In this document: positions 50,161 through 61,545 of the stretch, piece after piece
Position numbering within the stretch: position 1 is the first letter of the stretch
How the letters are laid out: the number at the start of each line of letters is the position of its first letter
Assembly (NCBI RefSeq): GCF_018350175.1
Contig: NC_058368.1
Location: forward strand, 140,804,001 to 140,868,000
Origin: Felis catus
Lineage: Eukaryota
Reading direction: 5' to 3'
DNA length: 64,000 nucleotides
Notes under the pieces: model-generated
Told to the model about the DNA's origin: nothing
What the model saw: the letters and a program-made list of their open reading frames with translations, nothing else
The model's database searches: none
Position numbers and translations under genes: made by a program

Positions 50161-52279
50161 ATTGCCATAGTATAACTAATATAAGTAATATGTGCTTAAG
50201 TTCTTGCTTTTTTCTTTTTTTTTTTAATTTTTTTTAATGTTTATTTATTTTTGAGAGACGGAAAAAGAGAGGGAGACAGAGCATGAGCAGGGGAGGGGCA
50301 GAGAGAAAGAGACACACACACAGAATCCGAAGCAGGCTCCAGGCTCTGAGCTGTCAGCACAGAGCCCAACACGGGGCTTGAACCCACAAACCGTGAGATC
50401 ATGATCTGATCCGAAGTCAGATGCTTAACCAAGTCAGCCACCCAGGCACCCCTCACCCAGGAAAGTGTTAATGGAGAGGGACAAGGGTGGGGAATGGTGG
50501 AGAGAGAAATTTACTTCTATTTCAAACTCTTGAGTATTGAAAATACTATGATTTTAGCATATGTGACATTCTTTTAATAATAAAACACTAATTTATTTTT
50601 GAAAATTGGACTTTAGGTATCTATTTAGTGAGAACCTCCCAGGGGAGCTCCAGGGAAGTTTCAGTGGAGTGTGTGGGTGGTAAGAAGGAGGGGGATGGGC
50701 TGGCAGAGGCTCCGTCCCAACAGGCTTGTTGAAAGGAAATATAAATATTGCTTTTTATATAATTGAATTTCAGCCTTGAGAAGACAGGCAGTGTTTAAAA
50801 GCACAGTAGCCAATTTCTGGCTTTAGTTTTTCTTTTTTCTATGAGTTTTCTGACTTGGAATCCTGCCTCACGTGGTTTCTTGCATACACAGCTGCTCTGG
50901 GCTTTTGTTCTTTCTCTTTCCTTCTTTGCTTCCTTGAAAGTGAGCAAGAGCAGGGGAGGAGCGGAGAGAGAGGATATGAAGCAGGCACTGCAGGCACCGT
51001 GCTCAGGGCAGAACCCACTTGGGGCTCAATCTCACACACGTTGAGATCATGACCTGAGCTGGAATCAGGAATCAGTTGCTTAACTGATTCAACCACCCAG
51101 CACTCCTGGGATTTTTTTCAGTTTCAGTCTTTTGACTCGGTAATACATTCCTATAACTGAAAAAGTTAGATCAGCTGAAAATGTATAAATAAGAACTCTT
51201 ATTCCCAGCCAGTCTGTCCCACCCTCTTTCCCCTAACTCCTTATAGCTACCACTTCTATTTCTTATGCATCTTTTCAGTGACTCCTTGGGCAAATGCCAG
51301 TATATATGCATATATATTCGTGTAATTTGTGGGTTTTTTTCTTTTGTTACACAGCTAGGATTGCTTTGTTCCTTTCTAACTTGGCTTATGGAGAGCTTCC
51401 TTATTCTCTTTTTTTTTTTTTTTTTTTTTTACAGCTATACAAGCATCCATTGGATTCGTTTAACTAGTCTGCTCTGTTTATTCCCTTGACCTTGCTCTTG
51501 GCCCTGCTAAGGAGTCTACAGGTTTGAACCAGTGTTTCTTCTTTTCTCCTCTATTTTTAAAGCTCTTCCCAGGCACCAACTTCCTAGCACCTGAATGTGA
51601 GTTCTACCCATATTCCCCACAGGGAGGCTACTGAAGGCTTCCTCTTTGCCTCTCATTGGCCTTCTCATCTAACGCTCACTGGGCGCTGGCCCTACCTTGA
51701 GGGCCCTCGGGGCAACAGAGCACACCTGTTCCTTCTGACGATTAAAAACAGACCCAGAGGCCCTTCCATTTGAACCTCTCCTTGCTGGTAATTTTTGTCT
51801 TCTGGGAAACAGGCGTGCCTAGGTGGAACCCGGATTTAAAGAGTAGAGTTTAATGATAAACACCTGTTGCCGAGTTGTGCCCTGGGGGAACAGGTACGAA
51901 ATCGGGTATTTTCTTCATCTTCTATTTATTTTTAATCTACGTTTGATTTATTTTTTTTAAATCTATGTTTTAATATCGACCCAATTTATGTCTGATTGCT
52001 AACTTGTGAACCCACTGGAACTGCTAGCTTTGGGGGAAGTGGAGATTGGGGAGGAGCAAACTCACCTGCACAGGTCTCCTCGCAGCCTGCCCCAGATGCA
52101 CAGACGCTTTAACTGAAGTTCATTACGGCCTAGCGAGCGTCCCCCGTGGCGCGGGAGGATTGGGGGAGGCAGTATTCTGTTCTCATGCATGGGTTGAGGC
52201 TTCCCCATCTGCTTCTTTTGAACAAGTGTTTTTTTCCCCCCGAGTGTGGTGGCCAGTCCCTGGAAGTGATCAGGTTAAC

Positions 52280-52420
52280 ATGCCCACTCAGCTGGAGATT
52301 GCCATGAACATCATGATTAGAATCTTCCACCAGTACTCCTGCAAGGAGGGGGACAGATTCAAGCTCAACAAGGGGGAACTGAAAATGCTCCTGCAGCAAG
52401 AGCTCACGGAATTCCTCTCG
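52280..52420 (+). CDS. S100Z: Protein S100-Z, first coding exon (helix 1, pseudo-EF-hand, helix 2)
   Basis: ATG at 52280 (aacATGc) encodes MPTQLEIAMNIMIRIFHQYSCKEGDRFKLNKGELKMLLQQELTEFLS (47 codons), then phase-0 donor TCG|GTGAGT at 52420/52421, the typical S100 intron position. Confidence 0.96.
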
Positions 52421-52765
52421 GTGAGTGGCAGCTTACACATGCAAGGGTAACCCGTACGGTCTCCTACCACTCTGCCACAAACAGTGCGATTGATTTGGGG
52501 TTGTTTTTAATGTTTATTTTTGAGAGAAAGAGACAGAGAGCACTGGGGAGGGACAGAGACAGGGAGACCGAGGACCTGAAGCGGTCTCTGTGCTGACAGC
52601 AGTGAGCCCGATGCCGGGCTCGAACCCAGGAACCTTGAGATCATGACTGGATCCGAAGTCGGCAGCTCAACCAACTGAGCTCCCGAGGTGCCCCTCAACA
52701 GTGCAGTTTGCACTGCGATTCAAAAGCCAGGCAAGCAAACAGTAGAGGCCTTGGTTTTCTGTGTA

Positions 52766-53375
52766 CTGTCAATTCCTGAACAACACAGGTTTGGGCTGCG
52801 TGGGTCCTCTTCTCTGTGGATCTTTTACAGTGCAATCCTCCTATAAGTGTATTTTCTCTTACGATTTTCTTTTTTTTTTTAATTTTTTAAATTTTTATTT
52901 TAAAAAACAATTTTTTAAACATTTATTTATTTTTGAGACAGGGAGAGACAGCATGAATGGGGGAGGGTCAGAGAGAGAGGGAGACACAGAATTTGAAACA
53001 GGCTCCAGGCTCTGAGCTGTCAGCACAGAGCCCGATGCGGGGCTTGAACTCACGGACCGCGAGATCATGACCTGAGCCGAAGTCGGCCACTTAACCGACT
53101 GAGCCACCCAAGCGCCCCTCTTAGGATTTTCTTAATAACGTTTCTCTCCTCTAGCTCTTTTATTGTAAGAGTACAGTAGATAATACCTATCACATACAAA
53201 ATATGTGTTAATCTACTGTTGATGTTATCAGTAAGCCTCCTGTGCTCAGCAGGCTATTAGCAGTGAAGTGTCTGGGAGGTCACAACTTTCTGGGGAGTCA
53301 AAAGTTGCGCACAAATTTTCATGTCTTTAGGAGGGGTGGGCCTCCCTAACCCCTGTGTTACTGGAGAGTCAGCTG
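52766..53375. mobile_element. Tigger2-derived (MER28/Tigger2a-like) DNA transposon in the S100Z coding intron, interrupted by a SINE
   Basis: Degenerate TIRs CTGTCAATTCCTGAACAACACAGG and CCTGTGTTACTGGAGAGTCAGCTG; internal ATACAAAATATGTGTTAATC and GGGAGTCAAAAGTT motifs. Confidence 0.75.
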
Positions 53376-54627
53376 GATGTAGGCATGGACCCTTCTCCTT
53401 ATCGCCTGTGGCTAGAGTTTCCCAGGGTTGTAAATGATATTTAGGCTTTCCTCAATTATTCAACATTCCTGGGTAGCAAAGAAGCAGCTAGTTTTACCAG
53501 GAGTTTTGGTTGTAACTAGTGGCCCTAGTTACCCCTGGGGCTTTGTCTAGTTGTCTATAAAATTAATATTATGTATTATGCCAGAAATGAAGCCCGGGGG
53601 ACTTCACGCTGTGGTGACAAATACTTAGCTTTGTCAGGAAGCAGAGGCTGATTCTGCGTGACAGAAAGGGTGTGTCTGGCCAGTGACCAGTTGGGTAGCA
53701 AAGAGATTCACATCTCAAAATAGCCAGGAGTTAATAAATCTACCCGTAAATAAAGGCTTACAATGAAGTGTTTGGGGGCTCTTCCCTTCTGAGGAAAACG
53801 CTTTACTCTGATGTTTATGGGGCTGCCTTGAATTGACTGGAGCACAACGTGCTGCCCTGGCGTGATGTTATTTGTCCAAACCCTGTATTAAGACTCTAGT
53901 GTTTGGGGTGCCTGGGTGGCTCTCGGTTAAGCGGCCGACTTCGGCTCAGGTCATGATCTCGCGGTCCGTGAGTTCGAGCCCGGCGTTGGGCTCTGTGCTG
54001 ACAGCTCAGAGCCTGGAGCCTGTTTCAGATTCTGTGTCTCCCTCTCTCTCTGCCCCTCCCCTGTTCACGCTCTGTCTCTCTCTGTCTCAAAAATAAATAA
54101 ACGTTAAAAAAAAAAATTAAAAAAAAAAAGACTCTAGTGTTTGTAATCACAACACTCTTTTCTCCTCCGCCTTCTTTAGGAAAACTTTAAAGTCAAAACA
54201 TTTTTTCAGGGGCACCTGGGTGGCTCAGCCAGTTCAGTCAGCTCAGGTCACAATCTCACGGTTTACGAGTTTGAGCCCCACATCGGGCTTTGTGCTAACA
54301 GCTCAGAGCCCGGAAGCTGCTTCAGATTCTGTGTCTCTTTCTCTCTCTGCCCCTCCCCTACTCGCTCTCTGTCTCTCTGTCTCTGCCTCTCTCAAAAATA
54401 AATAAACATTAAAAAAAATTTTAAAAATACTTTTTCAAGTAATCTCTATGTCCAGTGTGGGGTTTGCACTCATGACCCTGAGATCAAGAGTCACATGCTC
54501 TACCGACTGAGCCAGCCACGCACCCCTAAAGTAAAAAAAATTTAACATAGTAATTCTTTAAAAACGATTTTTTTAAGTTTATTTATTTATTTTGAGAGAG
54601 ACAGAGACAGCCCGAGGTGGGGAAGGG

Positions 54628-54629
<2 letters not shown>

Positions 54630-54687
<58 letters not shown>
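54630..54687. repeat. (GA)n expansion inside a SINE
   Basis: About 29 units. Confidence 0.95.
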
Positions 54688-54689
<2 letters not shown>

Positions 54690-55217
54690 CCCAAGCAGCC
54701 TCCTTGCTGCCAGCCTAGAGCCTGACTTGGGTTTGAACTCTCCAAACCATGAGATCATGACCTGAGTCAAAACCAAGAATCAGACGCTTAAACTGACTAA
54801 GCCACCCAGGCGCCCCTAACACTGTAATTCTCCACAGTACCTTTTTAGTGATTTTAGGAGTCCCCAGGAACTTAAAAAAATTTTTTTTCAAATTCTGGTC
54901 CCACCTTGTGTTCCACACTGATGATGCAGAGACAGACTGCTTGGGATTCTCTCTCTCTCCCTCTGTCTCTGCCCCTCCCCTGCTCTCTCTCCTCTTTCTC
55001 TCTCTCTCTCAAAAGAAATAAAAAAACTTAAAATTTTTTCTCATCAACTACCAGTCATAGGACAAGTGAGTGCTTCCTAGTCCCACCCTTTCTGGACCCT
55101 GACCCCTCTATGGGCTCCGTGTTGTACTTTGTGCCCCTAACATGCAGTCCTCCTTACAAGATGTATACTTCATTAGGTGCCTCTTTTGTGTGTGTCTGTC
55201 AAGTGTTGTGCTAAGTA

Positions 55218-55347
55218 AGGCTGTCAGATAAAATATTGTGCTTCCCACGCAGTATTTGGGACATACTTACAAAATTACTTATTGTTCATCTGAAATTCAC
55301 ATTTAACTGGCTGTCCTATACTTTTATTTACTAAATCTAGCAACCTG
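55218..55347. mobile_element. MER53-like palindromic MITE (partially deleted)
   Basis: Ends AGGGCTGTCAGATAAAATA and TACTAAATCTAGCAACCT; internal TATTTGGGACATACTTA and CTGAAATTCACATTTAACTGG. Confidence 0.7.
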
Positions 55348-55772
55348 GTGTTGAAGTACGGCCCAACTTTGTGGGGAGATATTTTCCTCATTTTATAGAT
55401 AAGGAAATTAAAAAATGTTAAGTGATTTGCTCACTGTCGCATTGTTGGTAAATGGTAGAGCCACTTACTATCCCCTTTTGGCTTTAAAGCCTGCTTTGTT
55501 CCATGTCTCCTGCTCTGGCCCTCAACCTTTGAAGTTGCGTAAATGCATTTTCAAGATCAACAGCTCACTCTGATGTTGTTTGCTCTTCTCAGTGTGAATT
55601 ATATGGCCTGAGCCAGAATTATGTGGCCAGAATTATATGGCCCTGGGGCAGAAGGCTAGACTCATTTAGAATTGGTGCTTGCTTTAAATCTACCTGCAAA
55701 TGGGCTCTTGGAAATTGCCCTTAGATTCTGAAATGGAAATTAAAACTTTAGTGTAAATAAAAGGACAATGTT

Positions 55773-55987
55773 GGGGCGCCGGGGTGGCGCAGTCGGTTAA
55801 GCGTCCGACTTCAGCCAGGTCACGATCTCGCGGTCCGGGAGTTCGAACCCCGCGTCGGGCTCTGGGCTGACGGCTCAGAGCCTGGAGCCTGTTTCCGATT
55901 CTGTGTCTCCCTCTCTCTCTGCCCCTCGCCCGTTCATGCTCTGTCTCTCTCTGTCCCAAAAATAAATAAACGTTAAAAAAAAAAATT
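55773..55987 (+). mobile_element. Young felid SINE just upstream of the S100Z second coding exon
   Basis: TSD TAAAAGGACAATG at 55758-55770 and 55988-56000. Confidence 0.92.
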
Positions 55988-56056
55988 TAAAAGGACAATG
56001 CAATTTCATTATGAACCTCAAAGCCTGGGAGTTAGTAACGTTCTCTTTCCTTTTAG

Positions 56057-56215
56057 TGCCAGAAGGATCCCCAGTTGGTTGATAAGATAATGCAGGACCT
56101 GGATGCCAATAAGGACAACGAAGTGGATTTTAATGAATTCGTGGTCATGGTGGCAGCTCTGACAGTTGCTTGTAACGATTACTTTGTGGAACAACTGAAG
56201 AAGAAAGGAAAGTAA
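56057..56215 (+). CDS. S100Z: Protein S100-Z, second coding exon (canonical EF-hand, C-terminus)
   Basis: Acceptor ttctctttccttttAG| at 56056. Encodes [52 protein letters not shown] with EF loop [12 protein letters not shown] and stop TAA at 56213-56215. Total protein 99 aa. Not in the supplied ORF track because it is too short. Confidence 0.97.
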   Translation, partial: CQKDPQLVDKIMQDLDANKDNEVDFNEFVVMVAALTVACNDYFVEQLKKKGK

Positions 56216-56789
56216 AGATAAGTAGTAAGCTGACCTAAGGGCAGAAATCTATCCATAGTTATTTGCTTCCTGTTCATCTGCAGTCTTCAGACCTATAGTT
56301 ACAGTAATGCCATTGATAGAAATAATATACATATAACTAATTGCTAGCATTATTAAATGGTGTGTACCTGAATATATTGATTTAAATATTCCAAATCTTA
56401 TAGGCCCTGCTCGAAATCTTCCTGTCCCATTAAGGATGTTGTATGCCTTTTTGTGTCTGTCAAAGAGCAAGCGTCACAAAGTTTCACCACTTCCAAATGA
56501 GACGAAAGCTTAGCACACTTCTAAGAGACACTTCTCACCCTGAAACTGTATCTGGAACTTCTTATCCCATGAATGAAAAGAGGTGGCTCTCCCACCCTCT
56601 GGTGATTCTGTTTCACACGGAAGAAGCTGTGCAGGTCCGTAAGCAGAAAGGCTGATAAACAGAAGGGCTGGCTTTGTCAGTGAGATAGGTCAGGAGAGGG
56701 CGCCATATTCAGAGCTAGGTATTCAAGCCACAAGAGCTGAAGCCAGCAGCTCTTGAAGGCTGGTGTACAAGTACCTTCCTTTGCTCCTT

Positions 56790-57021
56790 GGGTCCCCTAA
56801 TTCTGGGGCACGTATTTTACACCACTTCCCAGGGCTTCCCCTGGGGCTAAGCTTCAGTTGCCTGCCCTGGGAGGCTGGCTTGATATCACACCTTCTCTGG
56901 CCTACCTCCTTTTCTTTGTCTCACCACACACGCCCACCGTGTGTCTCTGCCCCTCTCAAATAGCTGACTCGCATGCAAATCCTTGACTCACCATCTGCCC
57001 GGGGCAACCTAGACTGTGGCA
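56790..57021 (+). mobile_element. ERVL LTR (LTR16-like) 3' portion
   Basis: End ...GCAAATCCTTGACTCACCATCTGCCCGGGGCAACCTAGACTGTGGCA resembles LTR16 termini. Recognition only. Confidence 0.45.
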
Positions 57022-57284
57022 GATCCCTCGGAGAATTTTAGAAAGAAAATGGTGGGTTGTGCGTGGAAACACTTACCCTGGCTGCTGTTTGAAGAAAGGG
57101 CCATAGAGAGGGCCAGTGTGGAAGAGAGAGACTAGTTAGGAGGCCGTTCTTTGTTCTGAGTGAGAGACGATGGTGTCCCAGGCCAGGATTCGAGCAATGG
57201 AGATCAACTTGTTAAGTGTTTTGGATGTGGGAGTGGTAGGACGTGCCAATGGACTGGTGAGGAAGGGTCAGAAAAGAGAGCACC

Positions 57285-57762
57285 GCAGGGCAATAGAGCA
57301 CTCACTGCTCTTGCCCATCCTATGAATGTTCTCCCTTTCTTCCATGTATTAGGGCCCTGATTTGTGTGGGCTAGTAATCAATGTGCCCAGCTAAAAAAGC
57401 TGTATTTCCCAGTCTCCCTTGCAGCTGAGGTGGAGCTTGTAACACAGTTCTGGACAATGGGACTCAAGCAGAAGTCTCCTGGGAATTTTGCTATTTCCAT
57501 ACAGGTTCTATACCTTCACCTTGTTAATTCGTTCCTTGTCTTTCCGTTGGAATGTAGATGTGAGGCTGGAAGTGAGGCTGCCAGCTTGCAACCATGAGGA
57601 TAGTGAAGAAAAAGATAGAAGGAGTTGGGACTTTGTGGTCATTGAGGAGGCACGGCACAGCCCTGGTCTGCCTGTCTCTGGTCCTCCTATTGTGTGAAAA
57701 AAGAATGACTGTTCTCTGGTTAAGCTGAATTCTGTACATGGAGCCAAACATAGTCTCTAATG
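57285..57762. mobile_element. Old MaLR LTR (MLT1-like) inserted in an L2 remnant (about 57030-58460)
   Basis: GTATTTCCCAGTCTCCCTTGCAGCTGAGGTGG...AGTTCTGGACAATGG and CCAGCTTGCAACCATGAGG motifs; L2-like purine-rich sequence on both sides. Confidence 0.6.
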
Positions 57763-57863
57763 TTTAGATTTTTGGTCAAGCAAATGATGCGATTTACTAA
57801 ATGGGAAAGACTGAGAGAGGAACAGCTTTAGTGTGGGGACATTGGGGAGAATAGCTCCATTTA

Positions 57864-58006
57864 TTTATTTACTTTTATTTTATTTTATTTATTTTTTTCA
57901 ATATATGAAATTTATTGTCAAATTGGTTTCCATGCAACACCCAGTGCTCATCCCAAAAGGTGCCCTCCTCAGTACCCATCACCCACCCTCCTCTCCCTCC
58001 CACCCA
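57864..58006 (-). mobile_element. Young 5'-truncated felid L1 3' end
   Basis: AATTTATTGTCAAATTGGTTTCCAT..AACACCCAGTGCTCATCCCAAAAGGTGCCCTCCTC with T-rich tail; perfect TSD AATAGCTCCATTTA at 57850-57863 and 58007-58020. Confidence 0.88.
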
Positions 58007-60385
58007 AATAGCTCCATTTAAAATGCCTACTGGACATCTAAGTGGAGATATTACATGGGCAGTTGGATAGATGATCCAGTCCAGAGCTCAGGGTAAGGAG
58101 TGGAATTAGAGATCCACATTTGGAAGTCATTAGCATCTAGATGATATTAAGCCATGGGCCTAGAGATCACTTAGGATGAGAATGTAGGGAGGGAAGAAGA
58201 AATATCCAACAGTTAGCTGTCAGGAAAAAGAGCAACCTGCAAATCATACAGCAGAGGCATGGCCAGGAAAACAGAAGGAAAACCAGGACAGTATGGTGCC
58301 TCAGAAGCCTGGAGAAGAAAGTATTTGAAGAAGGAAAGAGGGCAAATCCACTGAGAGGAGAAGTTAAGATGACAGTGGAGAACTAGCCATTACATTTGCC
58401 ACGGTAGAGATGATCGAAGACATCAATGACCCTGATGAGAGTGATTTTGCTTGCAAAAGTATCTATGTCCCAGTCTGGCAGACAGTAGACACTCAATAAA
58501 TATTTGTTAAGTAAATGAAAGAAACTGTCAACTGGTGATTTTCTAGTGCTAGGACCTGTCATTATTTCTTCTTTAAATAGAAAAATAGTTGGGGCGCCTG
58601 GGTGGCCCAGTCGGTTAAACATCCTACTCTTGATTTTGGCTCAGGTCATGATCTCACAGTTTGTGAGATCGAGCCCCAGGTCAGACTCTGCACAAATAGC
58701 AAGGACCCCTTGCTTGGGATTCTCACTCTCCCTCTCTCTGCCCCTCCCCCACTTGCATGCATGCATGTGCGCGTGCTCTCTCTCTCTCAAAAATAAATAA
58801 ACATTAAAAAATAAATAAATAGAAGGGGTGTCCAGGTCCTCAGTCAGTTAAGCCTCCAACTTTGGGCTCAGGTCATGGTCTCACGGTTTGTGGGTTCAAG
58901 CCCCTCATTGGGCTTTGCGCTGATGATGTGGAGCCTGCTTGGGATTTTCTCTTTCTCCTTTTTTTCTCTGTACCTCCCCTACTTGGTCCCTCTCTCTTTC
59001 AAAATAAATAAATAAACTTAAAAAAAAAAGAATAATGTTTTTGTCTCTCACAAACCAGTTCTGAGCAGACAGGACAGGGAGCTTTAGATGTCAGAGCATT
59101 CAAGAGAAGAAATGTATACTCTTAGTATTGACTCCTGTCTCTCAAAAGGTTGGGGAAGAATGAGAAGAAAAAAAGTGAACCACATATTTCAGAGGGGCTC
59201 AGACTTTGTTCTTAGAAGATGGTACACTACTTACGCAAGAGAAGGTCTGAATATTTCTCAGGGGCTTTTAAACATTTCATTTTAATTTGGTTCGAAGTTT
59301 ACAATCCTAAGATGGGTCACCAAAACATGAAAAGTAAATCCAAACTTTTCCTCACATCCAATTCAAGAAAGGACGTTCTCAACATAGAGAAATAAATGAA
59401 GAAACAATGTTCATTTCATGCTCTTTCTAAAAATCGATTAAAAATAAGGAAAAGCAATTTATGTGTCAAATTAGATTTCAAGTGCATAAGATTACTTGAT
59501 GCAGCAAAAGCTCTTTCCTAGTGAAGGCCAAGGTGGGCTTTCTCTTGTGTGTTAGGTATGTGCAGTACATTTGTAGGAGGCAACACTGATCATTTCTGCT
59601 GCCTGTAGGCACTGGCTTTTGCATTTGTGGCCGTTTAAATCAACTTTAAACAATATTCCAGGGTTGTCTCTGCATTAGTACATTCTCATGTTTAACATTT
59701 ACCCATTGTGGTTATTAGAAGACAAGGCTTATGGGAGACAGTAGCCTAGGTCTCTTTGGGGCCCTGAGTTTGAGATGTGGCCAGCAATACAAATAGCTAG
59801 AAAGCAAACAAACAAACAAACAAAACAACCAAAAGTAACACAAAAACAAAAAAACAAAAAAACGTACAAAATACCCGAAAACCTTAAGTTTTAATTTAAA
59901 ACAGTTTCTTTTTCCCCCAAGAAAAGGCTTTCCAGAGGCAGAAACCTGAAGTTGAGTCTTTGATAAAACAAAGAAATGGGAGAGTTAATTACAGGAAAAG
60001 AATTTGAGGGGTGCCTGGGTGGCTTAGTCCAATGAGTGCCCAACTTTAGCTCAGGTCATGATCTCACGGTTCGTGAGTTCGAGCCCCACATTGGGCTCAC
60101 GGCTGTCAGTGCAGAGCCCGCTTCAGATCCTATGTCCCCCTCTCTCTCTGCCCCTCCTCTGCTCATAATCTTGCTCTCAACAATGAATAAACATTAAAAA
60201 AGAGAATTTGGGTGAAGTCCTGCAGGGTTGAAGAGGGCAATGCAAGTGGTCTGGTGCCCCCTAGCATGTAGGGGTGGGAAAGCAGGAGATGGGGCTGGAG
60301 AGGTAGACAGGACTCAGGATGGGAAAGGGCCTTTGGTGCTAATTTGAGAAATTTGAAATTCATCTCATCTATCTATTTATCGATC

Positions 60386-60588
60386 TTTTTTTTTTTTTAA
60401 GCCCAAGTTTAGTGTAGTAATGGTTTCAGTAGTAGAATTTACTGATTCATCACTTACATATAACACCCAGGGTTCATCCAAACAAGTGCCCTCCTTAATA
60501 TCCATCACCTGTTTAATCCATCCCCCCCCCCTACCTCCAGCAACCCTCAGTTTGTTCTCTGTATTTAGAGTCTCTTATGGTTTGCCCT
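60386..60588 (-). mobile_element. Carnivore L1 3' end fragment
   Basis: Poly-T followed by GATTCATCACTTACATATAACACCCAG...AAGTGCCCTCCTTAAT...CAGCAACCCTCAGTTTGTTCTCT. Confidence 0.8.
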
Positions 60589-60701
60589 GAAAATTATCTT
60601 GACTCTCATGGGAAACCATTCCACAGTTTTATGCATATTTTTTTAATTTAAAGCCATTTGTTTGTTTCTCAATACTCCCTTAAATTTTTTAAATCTTTGA
60701 A

Positions 60702-61545
60702 GCAGTGAATTTTGAACCCTAAGTAGACATTACACTCACCTGAGATATTATTAAAAATATATATGAGTAAGCTCCACCTCCCACAAAGATTCTGATTCAA
60801 TTGGTCTGGAGATGGGGCCCAGGCATCAGCATTTTTTAAAGAGCATCAGTTGATTCTAAATGCAAACAGGGTTGAAAATCACTGCTTTTATGATGCCTCG
60901 CTTAATCAGATCAACATCTGGCTGGGAAGTGTCTAGGACAGCAGCTGTTCCAACTTTAATGTGTAGGTGAATCACCTAGGGGTCTGATTCAGCTTTAGTA
61001 CGTCTGGGCTGGAGCCTGAAATTGTGCATTTCTGACAAAGTCACAGGTGATGCTGATGGTGCTGATAGAAATGGTCTAGACTCTAGGGGGGAAGAGAAAA
61101 GAGTGAAGTGTCATTTTGAAAGCAAGCACCTGTCACATAGTTCTTTCTGGGGCGTATTCCCTTTGGAAGAATATAAGACCACACAGGCATTAGGCTCAGA
61201 GAGGGCCTGGGAGAAGAGAAGAGAGGTGGGAGAAACCAGGACAGAATATTCTCTAGGGCCCTGGGGAATAGGGGAGGGGGGGCGGGGAAAGGGTGCTACC
61301 TCAGGTCAAAGGTCTTGGGCAAGTTATTTAACTTGTTTTAGTCTCGTTTTTCTGGCAAGTCTCAACTTGAGTGACTCATCTGCCTCAGAATCAACTCAAG
61401 GCATTTTGAACATTGGGATTCCCAGACCCTCCAGCAGTCCTGGCGGATCAGAAGGGGATGGGGTGGGGAGAGCGGCATCCGCATTGATAGCAAGCCCTCT
61501 AGATGATTATTATGCACCCTTGAGTGCAAGACCGCGATCTCTGAT
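60702..61545. mobile_element. Cluster of MER5-family (hAT-Charlie) MITEs at about 60702-60884, 60940-61065 and 61405-61545
   Basis: AGATTCTGATTCAATTGGTCTGG...GGGCCCAGGCATCAGCATTTTT...GGGTTGAAAATCACTG and related motifs. Confidence 0.68.

Noticed and set aside
52046..52450. 134-aa ORF suggesting an N-terminally extended S100Z
   Set aside because: It begins at TTG, has no in-frame ATG before 52280, and reads past the donor into the intron.
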